DNA of 62,056 nt, the filler included, from Sphacelaria rigidula (Eukaryota): assembly GCA_964200075.2 (NCBI GenBank). It is 7 parts of 7 records of this genome, joined end to end, with 100 filler letters (N's around TTAATTAATTAA, not from the genome) between each part and the next. Parts side by side here need not be neighbours in the genome. Positions count along the whole stretch, not along the records: positions 53,278 to 62,056 come from CAXNAA020010125.1; 6 more parts are not named here. The stretch is one strand, 5' to 3'. Under the pieces are notes generated by a model that was given only the letters and a program-made list of their open reading frames with translations, made no database searches and was not told the origin of the DNA. Positions 60,294 through 62,056 of the stretch are shown one piece after another. Each line of letters opens with the position of its first letter. Position 1 is the first letter of the stretch. Both the position numbers and the translations under genes were made by a program.

Positions 60294-62056
60294 ATGATGG
60301 CAACCGGCGCGGCTGACGACAGCGACAGCTCCTCCGTCTGTTCGGTGGCGGATGGGGAGGCTTTCACCTCTCATGACACCACCATCAACGACGACACAGG
60401 CGAGTATGGATTGAGTATTGAGCGGGGGGGGGGTGATAGTCAGCAGGGTGAGGGCGAGCCGTGGGTATTCGACACGGGGGCTACCCAGCATTTCTCCCAC
60501 GATTCCCATGGGATGACGGAGCACACAGAGTGCAAGGGTAGGGTAGTACGGTGCGCGGGAGGTAGTACTTACCCGATCGTAAGCAGAGGAAATTTGCCTC
60601 TTGCCTTCAGATCTGACGGACAGGATGTAATCCTAAAACCAGTGGATGTTGACCATGTACCTGGTGTCCGTCATCACGTCTTGTCACTCACGAGGGTCCA
60701 ACACATGAGACACACCTTCACTGGTTTTCGTACAGGTTTCAGGGTAGATCTCACTTCAGGCAATAGACTTATAATCCCCGGACAACCACGTCAACTCAGA
60801 ATGTACGCCCGCCACCTCGATCAAAGTGGTAGTGACAAGCGTGTTTCGGCATATGCTGTTATTGCTCTGGGGGCTCCGCCTAGCCCCCAGACCGCTGACA
60901 TCAACGAATTTCACTGTTCCCACGCCCACGTTCACGAGGACTTACTGAGGAAGACGGCGATGCAGCAGGGAAAGCAGCTGGCTGGGGAGCTGCAGCCCTG
61001 CCGCGGCTGCTCATGGACTGCGGGCACCGATTGCAAGATCGACGCACACGAGAGCAGCTAAGTCAGCGTCTAGGGTGTTTGTAGATCTTTCCGGGCCGAA
61101 ACCAGTCAAGTCTAACGGGGGAAAATCGTACACGATGATAGTCCAAGATGGTCACTCACGGCACACAAAGCTGTATTTCCTCCGTAAGAAGGATGAGGCA
61201 AAGAGATACTTCGCGAAATACATTGCATGGGTCTCTCCGAGAAAAATTGAGATAGTCCGTAGCGATGACGGGGGTGAATTCTTGGAGGGTGCATTCGGTG
61301 AAGTGTGCGACAGGGAAAATATCAAGCAGGAGAAGACAACTGCCGACTCACCCCAGTTCAACGGTGTTGCAGAGCGAGCGTTAGGTATTATCGAAACAGC
61401 AGGCCTTGCGGCCAGAATCCAAGCGTTTGAGCTGTACCCAGATGAGCGCATCCCAAATGGGAACAGCCTGTTGGCTGAACAGGCAAACTGGGCGTGTCAC
61501 GCCCTAAACTGTACCGCTACCTCGGCTAACCCGCACCACGAATCACCGCATGAAATGTGGTATGGGTCGCCACCGGAAGGTGGTCTCATTCCGTTCTTGA
61601 AGCCTGGTTTTTGTAGGAGGAAGCGGAAAAATAAATTACAGCCGAAAGCCGAAAAATGCTGGTACTTAAGCCCAGCCCCAGGCTACCCACGTGACGCAAT
61701 TCGAGTTCTGACTATACGCAGAACTATCTCCGTGACAAGACATGTAGCGTGGGCACGTACGTCCGCTGCTCCCCCCCACACACTACACCGAGCGAGCCAG
61801 ACGCCGGGCGAGCTGAAGGGTTCCAGCGTCGATCAAGGCCAGGATGTGGGTGGAGACAGGACGGAAAGCTCGACGGTGAACACTTCGCCCAGCTGTTCCT
61901 CAAGTGCGCCGTCCTCCCCGCCGAGCTTCGTTGGTGGAAGGGGCGGAGCAGCACCGCAGATCCCCGTCAGTAGTGAAGGGGTCGAAGTGCCTTCCCCGTC
62001 CCCGCGAGGGGGGGCGGAAGGCAGGGTGATACTAGAGATTCCAGTTCCAGGTTTTG
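60294..62056 (+). mobile_element. Second Ty1/Copia remnant (protease, GAG-pre, integrase), frameshifted
   Basis: WVFDTGATQH and FHCSHAHVHEDLLRKTA...CRGC. In another frame, VFVDLSGP, IVRSDDGGEF and TADSPQFNGVAERALG. Confidence 0.92.

Overview
This is eukaryotic DNA, most likely from a brown alga (Phaeophyceae). That assignment is an inference from the long TE-filled GT-AG introns, a brown-algal-type Cys-rich exon and the TE types. The window is not one locus. It is seven contigs of 8780 or 8779 bp (1-8780, 8881-17660, 17761-26540, 26641-35419, 35520-44298, 44399-53177, 53278-62056) joined by artificial N44-TTAATTAATTAA-N44 linkers, so nothing should be read across the gaps. Spliced exons were assembled by hand for BUB3, a sacsin-like gene (7 phase-compatible exons, 535 codons), a CDK9/12/CDKC-type kinase C-terminus, a probable R3H-domain gene and one Cys-rich repeat exon. 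Transposons include a degenerate Ty3/Gypsy chromovirus, two Ty1/Copia remnants, a deleted DD39D-type mariner, many MITEs and LINE-like 3' tails. Two observations stand out. (1) A high-copy structured repeat family ends in poly(C) rather than poly(A) and has target-site duplications of 14, 16 and about 81 bp that begin at C-tracts. (2) The Gypsy integrase carries a chromodomain followed by a PWWP/Tudor-like domain. All protein-family calls are from motif recognition by eye; no database searches were run.
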